Shown in pieces: positions 36,461 through 50,658 of a stretch of 64,000 bases of DNA. The notes beneath the pieces were generated by a model. It ran no database searches. It saw only the letters and a list, made by a program, of their open reading frames with translations, and was not told where the DNA came from. Source of the stretch: Laetmonice hystrix (taxonomy: Eukaryota); the NCBI GenBank assembly GCA_965235115.1, contig OZ249440.1, forward strand, positions 7,936,001 through 8,000,000. Direction: 5' to 3'. The number at the start of each line of letters is the position of its first letter. Within the stretch, counting starts at the first letter, position 1. Position numbers and translations under genes: made by a program.

Positions 36461-39400
36461 TACAAATATCCAAGGCCGTTGCTTCATTAATACATGTATC
36501 GACTTTTAATTAGTTTGTTATAGAAAATAGAGCGTTCGTTTAGAAATCTTTGGGTGCAGTGATTACTGATATCTTCGGCACGACTGGCTACATTTGCTAT
36601 ATTAGTGTTTGTAAGTATATCAGTAATGGTTGGGAAGGCCACTTTCCGACACTGAGCGCATGAAAGCAAACAGTATACACTTCACCTGGGTGAACTAAAA
36701 ACGTATGTCCCTGGAGTCGGCTGTAGCGCCAGGCTGCCTGCCGGGTCACGGTGGTCAACCCACGGCGGGCCTGGCCCCAGCTCGGCCCGCCGGCCGGTCA
36801 GCGCCCGTTGACGCCGCCGACTGTCTGCAAGCCCTGGGCGCTCAGCCCAATATATGTTTAACAAATGATCCCTAATATTTTTACTCAGGCTTTCACGGCT
36901 ACGGCCTCAGGGTTTGGTGATAGGCACGCAGACGGCTACTTGTACAACATGCGGCCCATAGCCGTGTAGTATAAAGCCATTCAGTGGTTTCATTTACGTA
37001 TATGGACAGGTATAAGTTTAATGTCCTTATAGCCTAAGGAACTGTCGTGTCAACAATGGGACTTTCTGGTATTTGGTCAATAAAAATCGTCTTCTGAAAT
37101 CTTCAAAAATATCACATGCTTGAAATAAAGGTAAGAAGTGTGAATTATTAATTAACTAAGAGGTTCAAGGTAAATTCAATTATAGAAGGAAAGGTCAAGG
37201 GAAATCTTTGTACCCCCCACCCCCATGGTGGGGTTCTTTCTACTTTCATCCTCATTATCACCCCCTGGAGACTCAGGGATACATGTGGTAGGCCCAATGA
37301 ATGAACAAGTTATAACCATTTCATTTTCGCCCCGACTAAGGCTGAAATATATCGGCCTACTTCCGACCCTCATATCTCACTGTTCTTGTATTCAACCAGA
37401 AGTCCTTTTATTGCTTTAGGCTTGTACTAAACCTTATAAATCAGTACACAGTATGAGGATTACAACGAAACATTTAGGCATATTCCTATACTACATGGTC
37501 CAATTAACGAAGTTTGTAATATACGAGTGGTCCTTGGTCTATAGATTACCCTGCCCGTTTATGCAGCAGCCAGATTTTGTTTTGTTTTGTTTCTTTAGTT
37601 TTTCGTCTTTCTAGGAAAACCTACCATGACCCTTCAAGTTTTGAAATATGAGCGATAAGAAGATATGGGTTTTGCTGCGCCGTTAATTTATTAGTTCTGT
37701 AGATTGCCCCCTAGTGGCAGCACCTGCTAGTTGCCCGTCGCTAGGAGGCGCTACAGGCAGGACGGGCCGGCTGCGTTCAACACAACGGGTCTAATTAATT
37801 AAAGAACTTCACGGATGCCAATTTCCGAGCGGTAACGTCTTCATTAACACAGTCATTATTTTAGCTAACCTAAATGTTCTGATTGAGACAACTGTAGGAC
37901 CCATGAGTCAGGATAAGTTAAGTTGCACTAAGTTGCCTACCCTCTCCATATAAATGTGAATGCAAACAAACTTATGTAACTGGCATTCGTGTGAAAAGCG
38001 GGACTTTCAGTCCCGATCATGTACTTGACCAGTATAAATAAATGCTTAAAAAAATAAAAAAAAATAAAAAGTAATAAAACTATATCATCGAACAACTTTA
38101 ACTTAGATTCATCATCATCCCGTCTTATGCGGTGTACATATTAGTTTTCTATAATAAAATTTTATAAGAACAGGTAGTTGTTACAAATAGTCATGAGAAC
38201 TGCCTACAAATGACACATACTATTTCCTGTGCACTGACGTTAATTTGTTATCTTGAAATGAATAGGATAGTGTAAAACCATGACCGGGGTTTTCCTCAGT
38301 GGGAGGCCCGAGGGCAATGGAGAGGGTAATGATGGGTTAAGTTGCATCTTAAAACACAACCTGGAGTTTTCAATTTCAGCCCTCGTTCAAGATCAAAGGC
38401 ATCTATATTACATATAGTAATACTGGGTTGTGGAAGTTATTTGTTTACGGTCGGGTTTCTCAGCCCCAGGTCATACGTGAACGACCAGGTGTGCGGCTGT
38501 CACCGTAATCTCGGTTCGTTTCGAAACGACAATCAATGCTCCTCACAAAGAGGTTTGCAGTGGAGACTCCGTAAACGGTTTAAGATACCAGAAGCGTCGA
38601 AATCTTTCTCATTTGTTCGGCTATCCTGGACAATTAATTTCAACACGGTAACGCAGTCCCAGCCGCCTTTGGGAACGAGGCTCCGCGCTAATTATCACAT
38701 GACTGTAATCAAGTTGCCGCGAGGAACTTCGAGACAGGCTGATAGACTTCGGCTCGAGCGTGGTAAAAAGAAAAACACTTTGAATTCGATGAAAGCTCTT
38801 TCAAAAGGTTTAAGCGCTGATTACCGGTGCCCTAGCCTCCTGTAAAATGTGGCTCATATGGATAGAGGTGTTTTTTAGGGGCCAAGCTACGTGTAAAACA
38901 CCAAGACTGACAAATCTACGACCGACGTGCCGACACGCCCCTACTTCACAGCCACCTCGAACCGCTTGCCCTGCCCCCTAGCGGTTATATCTGGCGCTTA
39001 CAATGGCAAGTGTGTGACGATTTTGCCGTTTTACGTTGACAGTTTGGCCAGCAGTTACTTTCCTCGTCAAGGCTGTACAGCGAGGTACCTATCAGAGTAA
39101 ACAAAGGCGCCTTTTGTCGGTACTCCCTTGTCCCTGCGGCGTCTTCGCCCTGACGCCTGGCAACATATACCACTGCCAAACGACAACCTTCCCGTACATT
39201 GACTCTCTTACAGCGACACTTACCACAAGTTGACCAATCATGTCGAGCAAATGTCTCGCAAATATATTTTTTTAAACGGTTAGTTCTCATTCCATGTATG
39301 CTTAGGTTTCTAGTCCAGGTCTGATCACGGATAGCAATATATAGATCAAACATTTAATTAAAATAATAGCGCTCTTTAGAGAATTCAATAAAACTCACAA

Positions 39401-39469
39401 ATCTCAATAGACAGAAAGGTTGTGTGATGTGTTTTAAAAGGTGCCGTCGGGTGGTAGTAGACAAATTTG

Positions 39470-39952
39470 ACAAACGTCAGCTCTAATCAGCCTAGGCCTG
39501 CTATGATTGAACATAGTAACCTACATGGAATAATTGGCAAACGTCAGATGTAGTCAGCCTAGGCCCTGCTATGATTGAACATTGGGAGAACAAACTAGTA
39601 ACCTACATGGAATAATTGGCAAACGTCAGATGTAGTCAGCCTAGGCCCTGCTATGATTGAACATTGGGAGAACAAACTAGTAACCTACATGGAATAATTG
39701 ACAAACGTCAGATGTAGTCGGCCTAGGCCCTGCTATGATTGAACATTGGGAGAACAAACTAGTAACCTACATGGAATAATTGACAAACGTCAGATCTATA
39801 GTCGGCCTAGGCCCTGCTATGATTGAACATTGGGAGAACAAACTAGTAACCTACATGGAATAATTGGTAAACGTCAGATGTAGTCGGCCTAGGCCCTGCT
39901 ATGATTGAACATTGGGAGAACAAACTAGTAACCTACATGGAATAATTGGCAA
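39470..39952. repeat. Minisatellite, 82-bp unit, ~5.5 copies
   Basis: AAACGTCAGATGTAGTCAGCCTAGGCCCTGCTATGATTGAACATTGGGAGAACAAACTAGTAACCTACATGGAATAATTGGC; ACGTCAGA recurs at 39541 and 39623. The first copy is shortened. Confidence 0.95.
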
Positions 39953-40660
39953 AAGGGATGAGCTATCAACTTTAACAATTTTCATTGAAGTGAATTCTAC
40001 CGTATCCGACAATTCTGTGATCTTTGATGATTTATCGCCTTTAAACTTTTTTACCATTTATCTTCTGCTCAAGGCTGACTTATGATGGTGATGATTTTCC
40101 GTCGACACACTAGGACTGTTACATAATTACGGAGCTTCGGAACGCCGCCATATTGACGCCTGTAGGCGCCTCTATAAGCCGTGTATAGGTGGGGGATAGG
40201 CCGATCAGCCTTAAGCCCGTGACCACTGGCCAGACCATTTATATAGTCAGCTTTCCCCCCAGACCATTATTAATGCACTTAACCTTCTCTTAAAGACACC
40301 GTATTCGGAGTTCTGGTAATCTATGAGGACAGGCATACACGTTGGTAGACACCATTCCCATTCAATATGTTAATAAAACATCATTATTGTATAAACATTA
40401 GATTGTTTTCATTATAGGCATAAAACGTCAAAACATAAACATAATGTACTTGTATTAACGGATTTTAGTGTAATATTCGTTAACTTCTTCGTTTCCCTTT
40501 TTCAATTTGATTGAAACACTAATTTCCTCTTTCTCACGGTTTACCGAACAACCGAACCGCATCACTTGGAGGAGCACGTTCCATGGCGCCGTCTGGTGGC
40601 AACCGTCGAAACTATACCTTCGAGCAACTTTTTCGCATCAGCATGCCAATCTAGATTTGT

Positions 40661-40808
40661 NNNNNNNNNNNNNNNNNNNNNNNNNNNNNNNNNNNNNNNN
40701 NNNNNNNNNNNNNNNNNNNNNNNNNNNNNNNNNNNNNNNNNNNNNNNNNNNNNNNNNNNNNNNNNNNNNNNNNNNNNNNNNNNNNNNNNNNNNNNNNNNN
40801 NNNNNNNN
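40661..40808. other. Assembly gap / masked bases (148 N)
   Basis: Run of N. Confidence 1.
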
Positions 40809-41571
40809 TTATAAATGTACAATTAAGGTAGCATTGGAATCAGGGATCGTGACTATATGACTACGTGGTTTAGTTAGACCGCAAGTGCCCACATTTTATT
40901 TATACAATTAGACAGCGCACATGTTTTATGTATTTGTATCTTATCACATTTACCTTTTTTCAAAGTTATCGTTTGGATATGGATCCTGATAGGAAGACTA
41001 GCCGGCCTGCTGCACCCCTCGATATATACTGTACGTGCCAAGGGTTATATCCCAGCACCAGGTGTGGACGTAACCATCTGTCATATTTTTCTCCTTTCCT
41101 TATCAGCTATCCAGATGTCGGGATGTTAATGTCTTCACATCATAAATTAATGTTACTTCTGTTAAAGTGCCACCGCAGACGGGGCCCGCCTAGTCAACTA
41201 TTGGACGTGCCTTCATTCATCACCAAGACCGCCCCAGGTAATCTCGTGGTTTTTTTTATATTTTACCCTCCCTGAATGTAGGGGGAGGTGGGGGACGATA
41301 TGCAGAGACCAACCCTCACATCAGGGTAAAGACTGATGATGACAATCAGGGAAACGCCCATGGAACGCGCGCTGCTGTACGTCACGGCTACGTCTTGGGC
41401 TACAAATATCTGGGCCGTTAAAAAAATGACAGAGAGCGCAGAAAACGCGAAACATACAGCAGCCAATTTGTTTTCCGATGTGAAGTTTTTTAAATCAAAT
41501 CAGCCCTCTTCCAATGGCTCAACCTCCCTGTTTTTGTTATATAGCTCTGCTGATAACTGGCATATCAATGA

Positions 41572-42063
41572 CTGGAACCCAGTCAGGAACAGACCATGCC
41601 TTCATCCCTCACCATACGTCCTGGAACCCAGTCAGGAACAGACCATGCCTTCATCCCTCACCATACGTCCTGGAACCCAGTCAGGAACAGACCATGCCTT
41701 CATCCCTCACCATACGTCCTGGAACCCAGTCAGGAACAGACCATGCCTTCATCCCTAACCATACGTCCTGGAACCCAGTCAGGAACAGACCATGCCTTCA
41801 TCCCTCACCATACGTCCTGGAACCCAGTCAGGAACAGACCATGCCTTCATCCCTCACCATACGTCCTGGAACCCAGTCAGGAACAGACCATGCCTTCATC
41901 CCTCACCATACGTCCTGGAACCCAGTCAGGAACAGACCATGCCTTCATCCCTCACCATACGTCCTGGAACCCAGTCAGGAACAGACCATGCCTTCATCCC
42001 TCACCATACGTCCTGGAACCCAGTCAGGAACAGACCATGCCTTCATCCCTCACCATACGTCCT
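41572..42063. repeat. Minisatellite, 49-bp unit x10, nearly homogeneous
   Basis: CTGGAACCCAGTCAGGAACAGACCATGCCTTCATCCCTCACCATACGTC. The unit has no stop in any + frame, which produces the 175/204-aa repeat ORFs. Confidence 0.95.
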
Positions 42064-42526
42064 CACACACGAGTTTCTACCAATCACCTCGTAATCTCTC
42101 ATGTTATCTCTGTCAAAATGTAAACTAGTATGTTCTCTTAACGCGATATCTGTCATAATTATGTACCCTTAACTAAGTCGACCTAATAATCGCATATAAC
42201 AGTCGAACCTAACGGGCCAAAGTGGGAGCAACTGCGCGTGTATCGACATTTCGACACTAGGTGGCAGCAGTAGTGTGGTTTTCGTCTCGGCCTGACGACA
42301 TGCTGAAGGTGATCTCGACACAAGGTAATCCAGCCATCGAGAAAATACTGAATGAGCTTCAATATGAAATACTTATTCCTACATGTACTAAAATATGACG
42401 CACAGTAAATATACACTTATAAAACTCATATTCGCACCAACCATCTCTTCTACTGGTCTGAAATAGGCAGGTAATATAGGCCGAGCTTAGCCTAAAACTA
42501 TCAGTAGTTATTTGTTTAGCCATCTA

Positions 42527-42853
42527 NNNNNNNNNNNNNNNNNNNNNNNNNNNNNNNNNNNNNNNNNNNNNNNNNNNNNNNNNNNNNNNNNNNNNNNNNN
42601 NNNNNNNNNNNNNNNNNNNNNNNNNNNNNNNNNNNNNNNNNNNNNNNNNNNNNNNNNNNNNNNNNNNNNNNTGTGGTTGTACTATTATGAATTAAANNNN
42701 NNNNNNNNNNNNNNNNNNNNNNNNNNNNNNNNNNNNNNNNNNNNNNNNNNNNNNNNNNNNNNNNNNNNNNNNNNNNNNNNNNNNNNNNNNNNNNNNNNNN
42801 NNNNNNNNNNNNNNNNNNNNNNNNNNNNNNNNNNNNNNNNNNNNNNNNNNNNN
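42527..42853. other. Two N runs (145 and 157 N) separated by a 25-bp island
   Basis: N 42527-42671, sequence 42672-42696, N 42697-42853. Confidence 1.
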
Positions 42854-44029
42854 CAGGCTCCCACTTTTATTGGCAGGGCGACTAACGACTATTCCCCAGC
42901 ACCTATATATATATTTGTATGAATGTGTGTATATAAGAGATATAGTCGTTTGTCGGTCTTGTATATATCCCCAGCCTATAATCACCAACAGATTAGAAAA
43001 AGAACTGTCTACCCGGAGGGCGAGAGATGCAATACCCTGCCTGGAGTTTCTATTTAGTTCTGCTATTGGAATTGTGCGAAGCAGCTATTACTTATTGAAA
43101 TGATGGCGTAAGTACGACAATGCCATCACAATGGCGAAAACATGACGGCTACCTTCACTGACATCACAGCGTGGCTCGCGTCTTTGCTAACACATCATGG
43201 CATGTTTATGAAGCTTAAGGGCAATTATGGTCACAATCTCTTTCTAATTTGATGCGCTGTTCGGAGGCCTCGACTCTCCTATAGACTGCCCTTCCAAATA
43301 GTATACGTGTAAACACACCTGCGTATAATGAGATGTATAGTGTTTAGATGTCGGTACTTTGTGGTATGAGTTTGCGGTTGGTCCTATCGACCAGATTTAA
43401 CAGACAGTGTCAATATTACAGCGCCTCTCCTCACCATTTCTTGATCGCTCAGAATGCCATCTAGATCTCCGCGAAGCCCGCCTTTAAAGACACTTCTTTG
43501 TGCCCTTCATTGCAACCATGGAGAGTGAGGTTTTATTTAATATTATCAAATTTGGTGCGGCTTTTGAAATGCGTGGGGTCCTTCGTACGTCTTCCTATAA
43601 TGATGTATAATAGGTGACAAAATGACGCGACGCGGACCTCGTCAGAACCGGCGCCTTTGAAACATACGGCTCCTATCCACGCACAAATAGAGGCATTGAG
43701 TCAATATTTTATATGGGTAGGAGAGATCGGAGCTGTGAGTTTGGTTGTGAGTGGGACAGGGACACCTGCATGGTTTACGATCACAGGTAATGGGTGGCCA
43801 TACCGGACATCAGCTACTATATATAGATATACACCTGTATTGACAGGCTCGTATCAGGTTCCAAACTGTCATATTATACATTATCTAATAGTCAGAATCA
43901 ATTATACCTACAGGTATATACATTGACGCCCATGTCTACATGTATGTCATGAAGTTCAACACACTAAAGTCATTCATATAACATTGATATATGCATCTGC
44001 CTAACTGTACGAACTATAAGCCGCCTTTG

Positions 44030-44031
44030 TT

Positions 44032-44063
<32 letters not shown>

Positions 44064-44064
44064 T
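44030..44064. repeat. (TTTA)n microsatellite
   Basis: About 8 copies of ATTT. Confidence 0.85.
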
Positions 44065-44877
44065 CATTTTAATATCTTTGCCGAACTCCCTACATGTCAC
44101 ATTGTTATAAACCGTCTTCTCTGTTCCATTAAAGAAACCACTATGGATATACGATATTATGGTGTAGGTGTGGGCCTTTTACTGAACGAGGGCGTATTGT
44201 GCCTGCATTATAATACAATTGGATGCTAACGTAATGGTCGCCTATTTGTCGGCATGATATAAATGAGCACAGGTTGTTTCTAATAAAGGTATGCATGCAT
44301 GTTTAATGTTAGCTATAAACAAGTCTTTGCCTTGTAATGACCGCCATAGATGTGCTTCATAGACAACAATTAGCCAACATATTCTCCGCGTTTTACGGAA
44401 ACAAAACACGCGATCCAGGTACATCGCTGCAAGCGTCTACAAAATGGAGCTCACAAAGAACAAGAGTTATGCAGGTTCTTTTGTATTTTAAGGTGTTTGA
44501 ATAATAGAATATGAAACGCTACACGGAGGTTGGCCAGATGACACTACCCGTATTGAAGGACGCTTACCTTGCCTGACGTCATCATCAATGAAATGCAACT
44601 GTTGCCGCCATTTACCACTGTCAGCTGGGGACCGACTCATAAAGCACCTTCGCCAAAATGAGACCTAACACGCCAATTAGTTCGAGACAGTATTTCAACA
44701 AAGGAAGCTTGTCAAAAGCGCGATATTGTGTGTTAAACCTGTTGCCACGTCAGGATAATTTAATAACTTCATGCTGCATGAGATTCTGACAATGATAGTG
44801 GTGTTTTATAATAAGGGTTCGCCCTCAATGAAAGCCGACTGGTCGATAGTCGGTGTAGTACACACCCGACATCCGTG

Positions 44878-44948
44878 ACCCCCCACCCCCCACCCCCACC
44901 ACCCACCCACCCCACCCACACCCACCCACACCCACCCACCCCGCCCAC
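44878..44948. repeat. C-rich (CCCA)n/(CCCACA)n simple repeat
   Basis: Degenerate CCCACC tract (G-rich on the minus strand). Confidence 0.85.
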
Positions 44949-47420
44949 ATTCACGTGTTAAAGCATCGTGCCGCCCAAGGCGACAAACCCGAACAATTAT
45001 TATTTACGATAATAGAAGCATATGTTACAGAAAAACTTTAACCCAAAGAGCTTGTTGATAGTATAAGTTCTGAAGTATACACTTTTATAGCTCCGAACGC
45101 TTTCAACTACAAAAACCAGCTGTTCTTCTTAAATTGGATCATTCGTCGAATGGTAGTAGACAGGGATGGATTGATGAACTTTCCCCCGGGCGGGGGGGGG
45201 GGCACTGTAGGCTAAAGCTTGCCATGTGCTCATCCGCCCCCATCCGGGTGCCTTATAAGTATGACAGAACCTGGAATATTTCGTACAGTATTGTGGAGAT
45301 ACATGGGCAGGAAGTCCCCACAGAATACTGTAATCTGATTGGTTGGTGAAAACTTGAACACACATACGGGCATCATACATGCAGATTGACCTAGTAATTT
45401 CAACTTAGAAAAAAACGCGGTATACAGATAGCAGTATCTAAAAAAAACTCTCAGCAAATCAGTCTATAAAAACATTTCAACCCAACCCGATGACCAAACA
45501 ACATTTCTTTATATTTTGGAGGGAGGATGTTGTGGAGTGATACGCCTTATCACACCCCGCCTGTATAGCGCAGGGATACATTGACTACAGGAGGCAATAA
45601 AGTAGTTCCAGTTATAGATCTACGCTAGTCTCACACGTGTTTCTATATACAGTCCCACGATAACAGTTACTAGGTCCAAAATTGCTCGAGCCATGAAACC
45701 CCAAAGGGAGTCCCATTCAGAGCATGCACCCTGAATTGAACATAAAGCTCTCCCGGTTCCGACACACTACAAATACCGCTTAATAATAGCAACCTTTACT
45801 GGTAGAAATCCTTTGTGGTATTATGGGATGCATGACAGGCTCTCTGGCAGGAGGCCTGAAGAGCGCCAGAACACGAGGCTGCAATTGACTGTGGGGTCTG
45901 GTTAGGGCTAGTAGTGTCCCTATTGAAGGTACACTGTAGGAGTTTGACATTGACACATTGGTTGATTGCAGGACAAGAGCCCTGTCGATAACGGCTGACC
46001 TTACTAACAGCCTTACACCTCCCCAACACACCGTCATCTTATAATAACCACTATGTTACTCTGCCTACGGTCTCTGCCATTTACTGATAACCCATCTTAT
46101 GCCCTTTACCATTGTTTGAGGCCATGTGTCACTGATTCCTAATGTGCCGAAAGCCACTCTATGTTGAGATACTCATATCAGAGATGGTCTAAACAGCTGC
46201 AGGCTCTGCACTTGAAAAACTTGAAAAACTAAAATCAATGACTGACTCCGACAGGGCACATTTAATATTGTACGTAAACTTATATTTAACATTTAATGTT
46301 AATAATAGAAACTGACATTTATGTTTGCTATACGCTCCAAGTAGGCCTAATCGCGTAAAACAGACTGACCAACCAAGATTAAGGTGGACGATGTCAAATA
46401 TGTAATGATGCATGTATGCATGAACCTATACAGTCTCATCGATTAATATATATATATAACGGTTGCGTATTATGGGATGCCCGTTATTTAAAGATTGTAT
46501 CTACATCTAAAAGTACTTGCAATGCGACTTTTTTGTCTGAAGTTTTATAAAAAGAAAAGGGTGTTATCTAGCATGTTCTTGAAAGGTATTTTGACAGTGA
46601 CCAATAGTCGCCTATCAAAAATAGAGCCGGCGGTGTTTCGATTCTATATTTACAGTACATTTACGTTTCCCCTGTCTTTGCTGAAAATCACTTATTTTGG
46701 ACTCCTAAAAGGGACGTCGTGAAATTGCCTGGGGCCTTGTGGTTAGAGGTTCACTTATACTTGGTTCATTCTCAGATATAGGAGCGAAAAGTGAGATTCC
46801 ATGTGGAACTGCATGCAGCTATAGGCTATAGGCCGTGCCGTCAGGCGGACGGGTCAGGAAACCTGAGGGCAGCTCTAGTGTGAGTATATAACATGAGTGA
46901 AAACAATGACTGTATGAGAGGTTAGCGGTCAGTCATGGTCAGAGCTTGGTGGACGGCGAGGACTCCAGTCAGGTTAAATCGGGTTCACACAACCGAGATT
47001 AAACAAACACCGTCGGGAAGAGGCAGACCAAGTAGTGCATGGCTTCCATGCATGTATACCTGAATATTTCAATAAAAACGTTATGATTTAGACCTACACA
47101 CCATATTAACGCATCAAATCCGTAAGTATTAGATTAATAATTGCCAGCTTGCATTCTTTCTGGGGGAACATCCATTAATTCGACCTATCATAACCATAAT
47201 GAATATGACACAATTCGATATTTGATATTTCCGTTTTGCGTTTTCTTCGTAACCCGCGCAGTTCTTTGACTTGTTCTGAAGAAAATACCAAAGTTAATTT
47301 AGCTTGAAATGTCCGACCTGAAAGGTCAAGCGTTTTATTTATTTTCTACTGGTCAATTAAACTCGATAAACATTAACTGACTGGTCACATGCATGTACGT
47401 CGCTCTGGTGCCTTGTTATC

Positions 47421-48008
47421 ACGTCACACGGGAGATATAGCTAACATTGGTGAGCTGGGAAACATACACACGGGAGATATAGCTAACATTGGCGAGCTGG
47501 GAAACATACACACGGGAGATATAGCTAACATTGGTGAGCTGGGAAAGATACACACGGTAGATATAGCTAACATTGGCGAGCTGGGAAACATACACACGGG
47601 AGATATAGCTAACATTGACGAGCTGGGACAGATACACACGGGAGATATAGCTAACATTGGTGAGCTGGGACAGATACACACGGGAATATAGCTAACATTG
47701 GCGAGCAGGGAAACATACACACGGGAATATAGCTAACATTGGCGAGCTGGGAAACATACACACGGGAGATATAGCTAACATTGGCGAGCTGGGAAAGATA
47801 CACACGGGAGATATAGCTAACATTGGCGAGCTGGGAAAGATACACACGGGAATATAGCTAACATTGGCGAGCTGGGAAACATACACACGGGAGATATAGC
47901 TAACATTGGCGAGCTGGGAAAGATACACACGGGAATATAGCTAACATTGGCGAGCTGGGAAACATACACACGGGAGATATAGCTAACATTGGCGAGCTGG
48001 GAAAGATA
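47421..48008. repeat. Minisatellite, 42/41-bp unit, ~14 copies
   Basis: CACACGGGAGATATAGCTAACATTGGCGAGCTGGGAAACATA, with 1-bp-deleted GGGAATATAG variants. Confidence 0.95.
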
Positions 48009-48111
48009 TTTCGGATCACACTTGAAACGTCAAGTAATAATTTGCATAACGCGACAATTATCTACAAACTATATTAAGTTTTTTTCTGGAATGCTGTCAA
48101 AATGGATTACC

Positions 48112-48985
48112 CCCGCTAGCCCCCCGCCCGCTAGCCCCCCGTTTAGACAAGGCCGAAGGTGTGAGAAATCTGTGCCGGTAGCCCCCCGCTCGGCTGTTCC
48201 ACTCCCTGACACTACCCCCCCCCCCACACACACACACACACCACACACACACACACCACTGGGGCGTGGACGGAGTTGGGGGGGGGGTGTCAACGGCGGG
48301 ACTTGGCGGTTCATATGCTGCCGATGCAGGCAGGTCAGCCAGCCCCCCCAAAGAAAAAAAAAAGGGTTGACTCCCGATTGCACCAGTTAGGCTTAGACTA
48401 CGATATGCCACAGAATGATGGAGTCCTATATGAAGGCGGTTGGTCATATGATGGACAATACTACTGGTACTAAGTAAGGCAGTGGTTGAGTGTATAACTG
48501 TGATTCTAACGAACACGATAATACAGATTCAGTCTCGTAACACCCGTAATCAGTCATTTATATATCTAGTAACACCCCCTAATTATTTGTCGCTTGCCTT
48601 TTAGTTATCCCATAACAAAGAACTATACATTACAGGCGCGGATCCAAGGGGGGGGGGTCCAGGGGGTCCGGACCCCCCCCCCCCTGCTCAGGACCAACTT
48701 AGGTTTTTGCTATGGTGTCAGCGAAGGGCCCCAGAGTATTGCCCCCTCCCCCAGCGGCTCGCATCTTTCGGACCCCCCCCCCCTGCAAAAATTCCTGGAT
48801 CCGCGCCTGCATTAGGCCTACAATGCAAGTTCTTTGCCTTTACCATCCCTGACCGCTGACCACCCCAAATTTCATAAGGGGGTAGTGTCTGATAGTGGAA
48901 CAGCCGAGCGGGGGGCTAGCGGCACAGATTTCTCACACCTTCGGCCCTGTCTAAACGGGGGGCTAGCGGGCGGGGGGCTAGCGGG
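48112..48985. mobile_element. Putative non-autonomous foldback-type DNA element with ~92-105-bp inverted arms
   Basis: 48112-48203 (CCCGCTAGCCCCCCGCCCG...CTCGGCTGTTCCACT) is the reverse complement of 48894-48985 with 2 mismatches. Similarity continues inward (GACACTACCCCC / GGGGGTAGTGTC). No TSD was recognised. Confidence 0.75.
48633..48809. mobile_element. MITE, 177 bp, 14-bp TIR CAGGCGCGGATCCA, 5-bp TSD CATTA, nested in the larger element
   Basis: TATA-CATTA|CAGGCGCGGATCCA ... TGGATCCGCGCCTG|CATTA-GGCC, with internal poly-G/poly-C tracts. Confidence 0.85.
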
Positions 48986-49649
48986 ATGATACCGTCAAAA
49001 TAATCTTACAATGCGGAAGTATATCGTGGGCACAAGCCTGGTGCATGTCATATACACATTAAGTGTATTCTGTCAAAATATATGATCAAGAAATTTAATG
49101 ACCGTGAATAGCAACATTTCATGAAGAATAATATTGGCATACGGATTTTACGATTTCAATCACTCTATATGATTACAAGTAATGTCACAAATATCTGACA
49201 AAGGATGTCGGAGATCTGCCATCCACATGCTATATAAACCGCCGTCCTCCCCACGCCAGTGGTGGGTATCGTATACCTACTCTACCTTTTCACTTACACA
49301 AAGACTATACATGTCACTCGACCACCGGGTGTGAGGTTGACAACCTGTGCCTGTATAAAGTCGGTACAGTTAATTACAGACTCTGCCGGCGGAGCGGCCG
49401 CTGTACTGTCGTCTCAATCACAAACCTTGGCCACAGACCAACTTCCCGTTATCAAGAATGACATTTTGATTACGGTAAATCTCGTCCTTACCATGTAACA
49501 CGCACCCAGTTTCGCACCTGGTTCTTTTATTTAATCAGAATGGTTTCCACACCTGGGTAACATGCCCCACCCCGCCTCCCCAGGAACAGATACAATATAA
49601 CATGCTGAAACTCCAATATCCCGGAGCACTTCCTTCCAAATGTGGGTGT

Positions 49650-49801
49650 GTGGCGTAATATGCCACCTTTCGGACCCTATAATTATATACATGTAGACTA
49701 TGAACATGCAGTTTTTGTTGTACGGTTGCGTGGCGTAATATGCCATCTTTCAAACCCTATAATTATGTACGTGTAAACTATGAACATGCAGTTTTTGTTG
49801 T
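49650..49801. repeat. Tandem duplication, 80-bp period x2
   Basis: TGGCGTAATATGCC...ATGAACATGCAGTTTTTGTTG at 49651 and 49731. Confidence 0.85.
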
Positions 49802-50658
49802 TCCGTAATTAATTTCTTTGTTTGTTTTTTCTTTTCTTCTCGAAGCATATCTATATACATTAGATGTATCTGTTTCTCAGTGCATGCATGATTTTATTGT
49901 TCACTAAGGAAACATGTACTCGACATTAGTCATTCATTAACACTGCTTGTTCAAACTTGGCATACATGTATATTCTTAATACGTAACGCATGTACAGCTA
50001 TACTATCAGAGATTGTCGGACGTCCATATTATGACGTCCGTATACGATTTGAATTTTAAGACTGAACCTCCAGTATCGGGGATGCACCAGAAGGCATATT
50101 CCCAATTGAATTTCTGTTTTTGGCATTGCATGGGGAATCGCTTAAATTGCGTGTTTGGTCCTTTATTCTTTGCGTATACGAATGCACAAATACAAGGAAG
50201 ATCACGCAGGCAAAATAATATATATAGATTCATGCACGCAGACTGCAATAGATTTTTAAAACAAATACCCGTATATATAGGCCTATTATTCATATTCTCT
50301 CAATAATATCTGTTGCGTTCCTTTTAGACGAACAGCGGAACATTTTTTTCGGAAAGTTCTTGAAAAACAGACAGTTGCATGTAAGCATATACTTGGCCTT
50401 CATTGATAAGTTTCTTGGCCTTATCTTTAGGAAATCTTGACAGAGCGTTCTCATATAGTCCTCACATGCAAGAATCGTTAACTATCCATGTATGCCTCTC
50501 TTTGTTCCGCGAATCGATGCATTGCAAAATACTGCATTGTCGGACCAGCATAGCCCGGAAAACCGTCTTTCATCAAACACCATATAGACCTATAACTGAT
50601 AACCTTTACGTGCATACGTCGCCATTTCGTCTCCTTTTTATCGAATCGACCGCAGCTT

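Noticed and set aside
27212-42988. ORFs spanning N runs
   Set aside because: Artefacts of translating N as X.
6526-47928. CRISPR-like appearance of the repeat arrays
   Set aside because: The units are contiguous with no unique spacers, there are no cas genes, and the context is eukaryotic.
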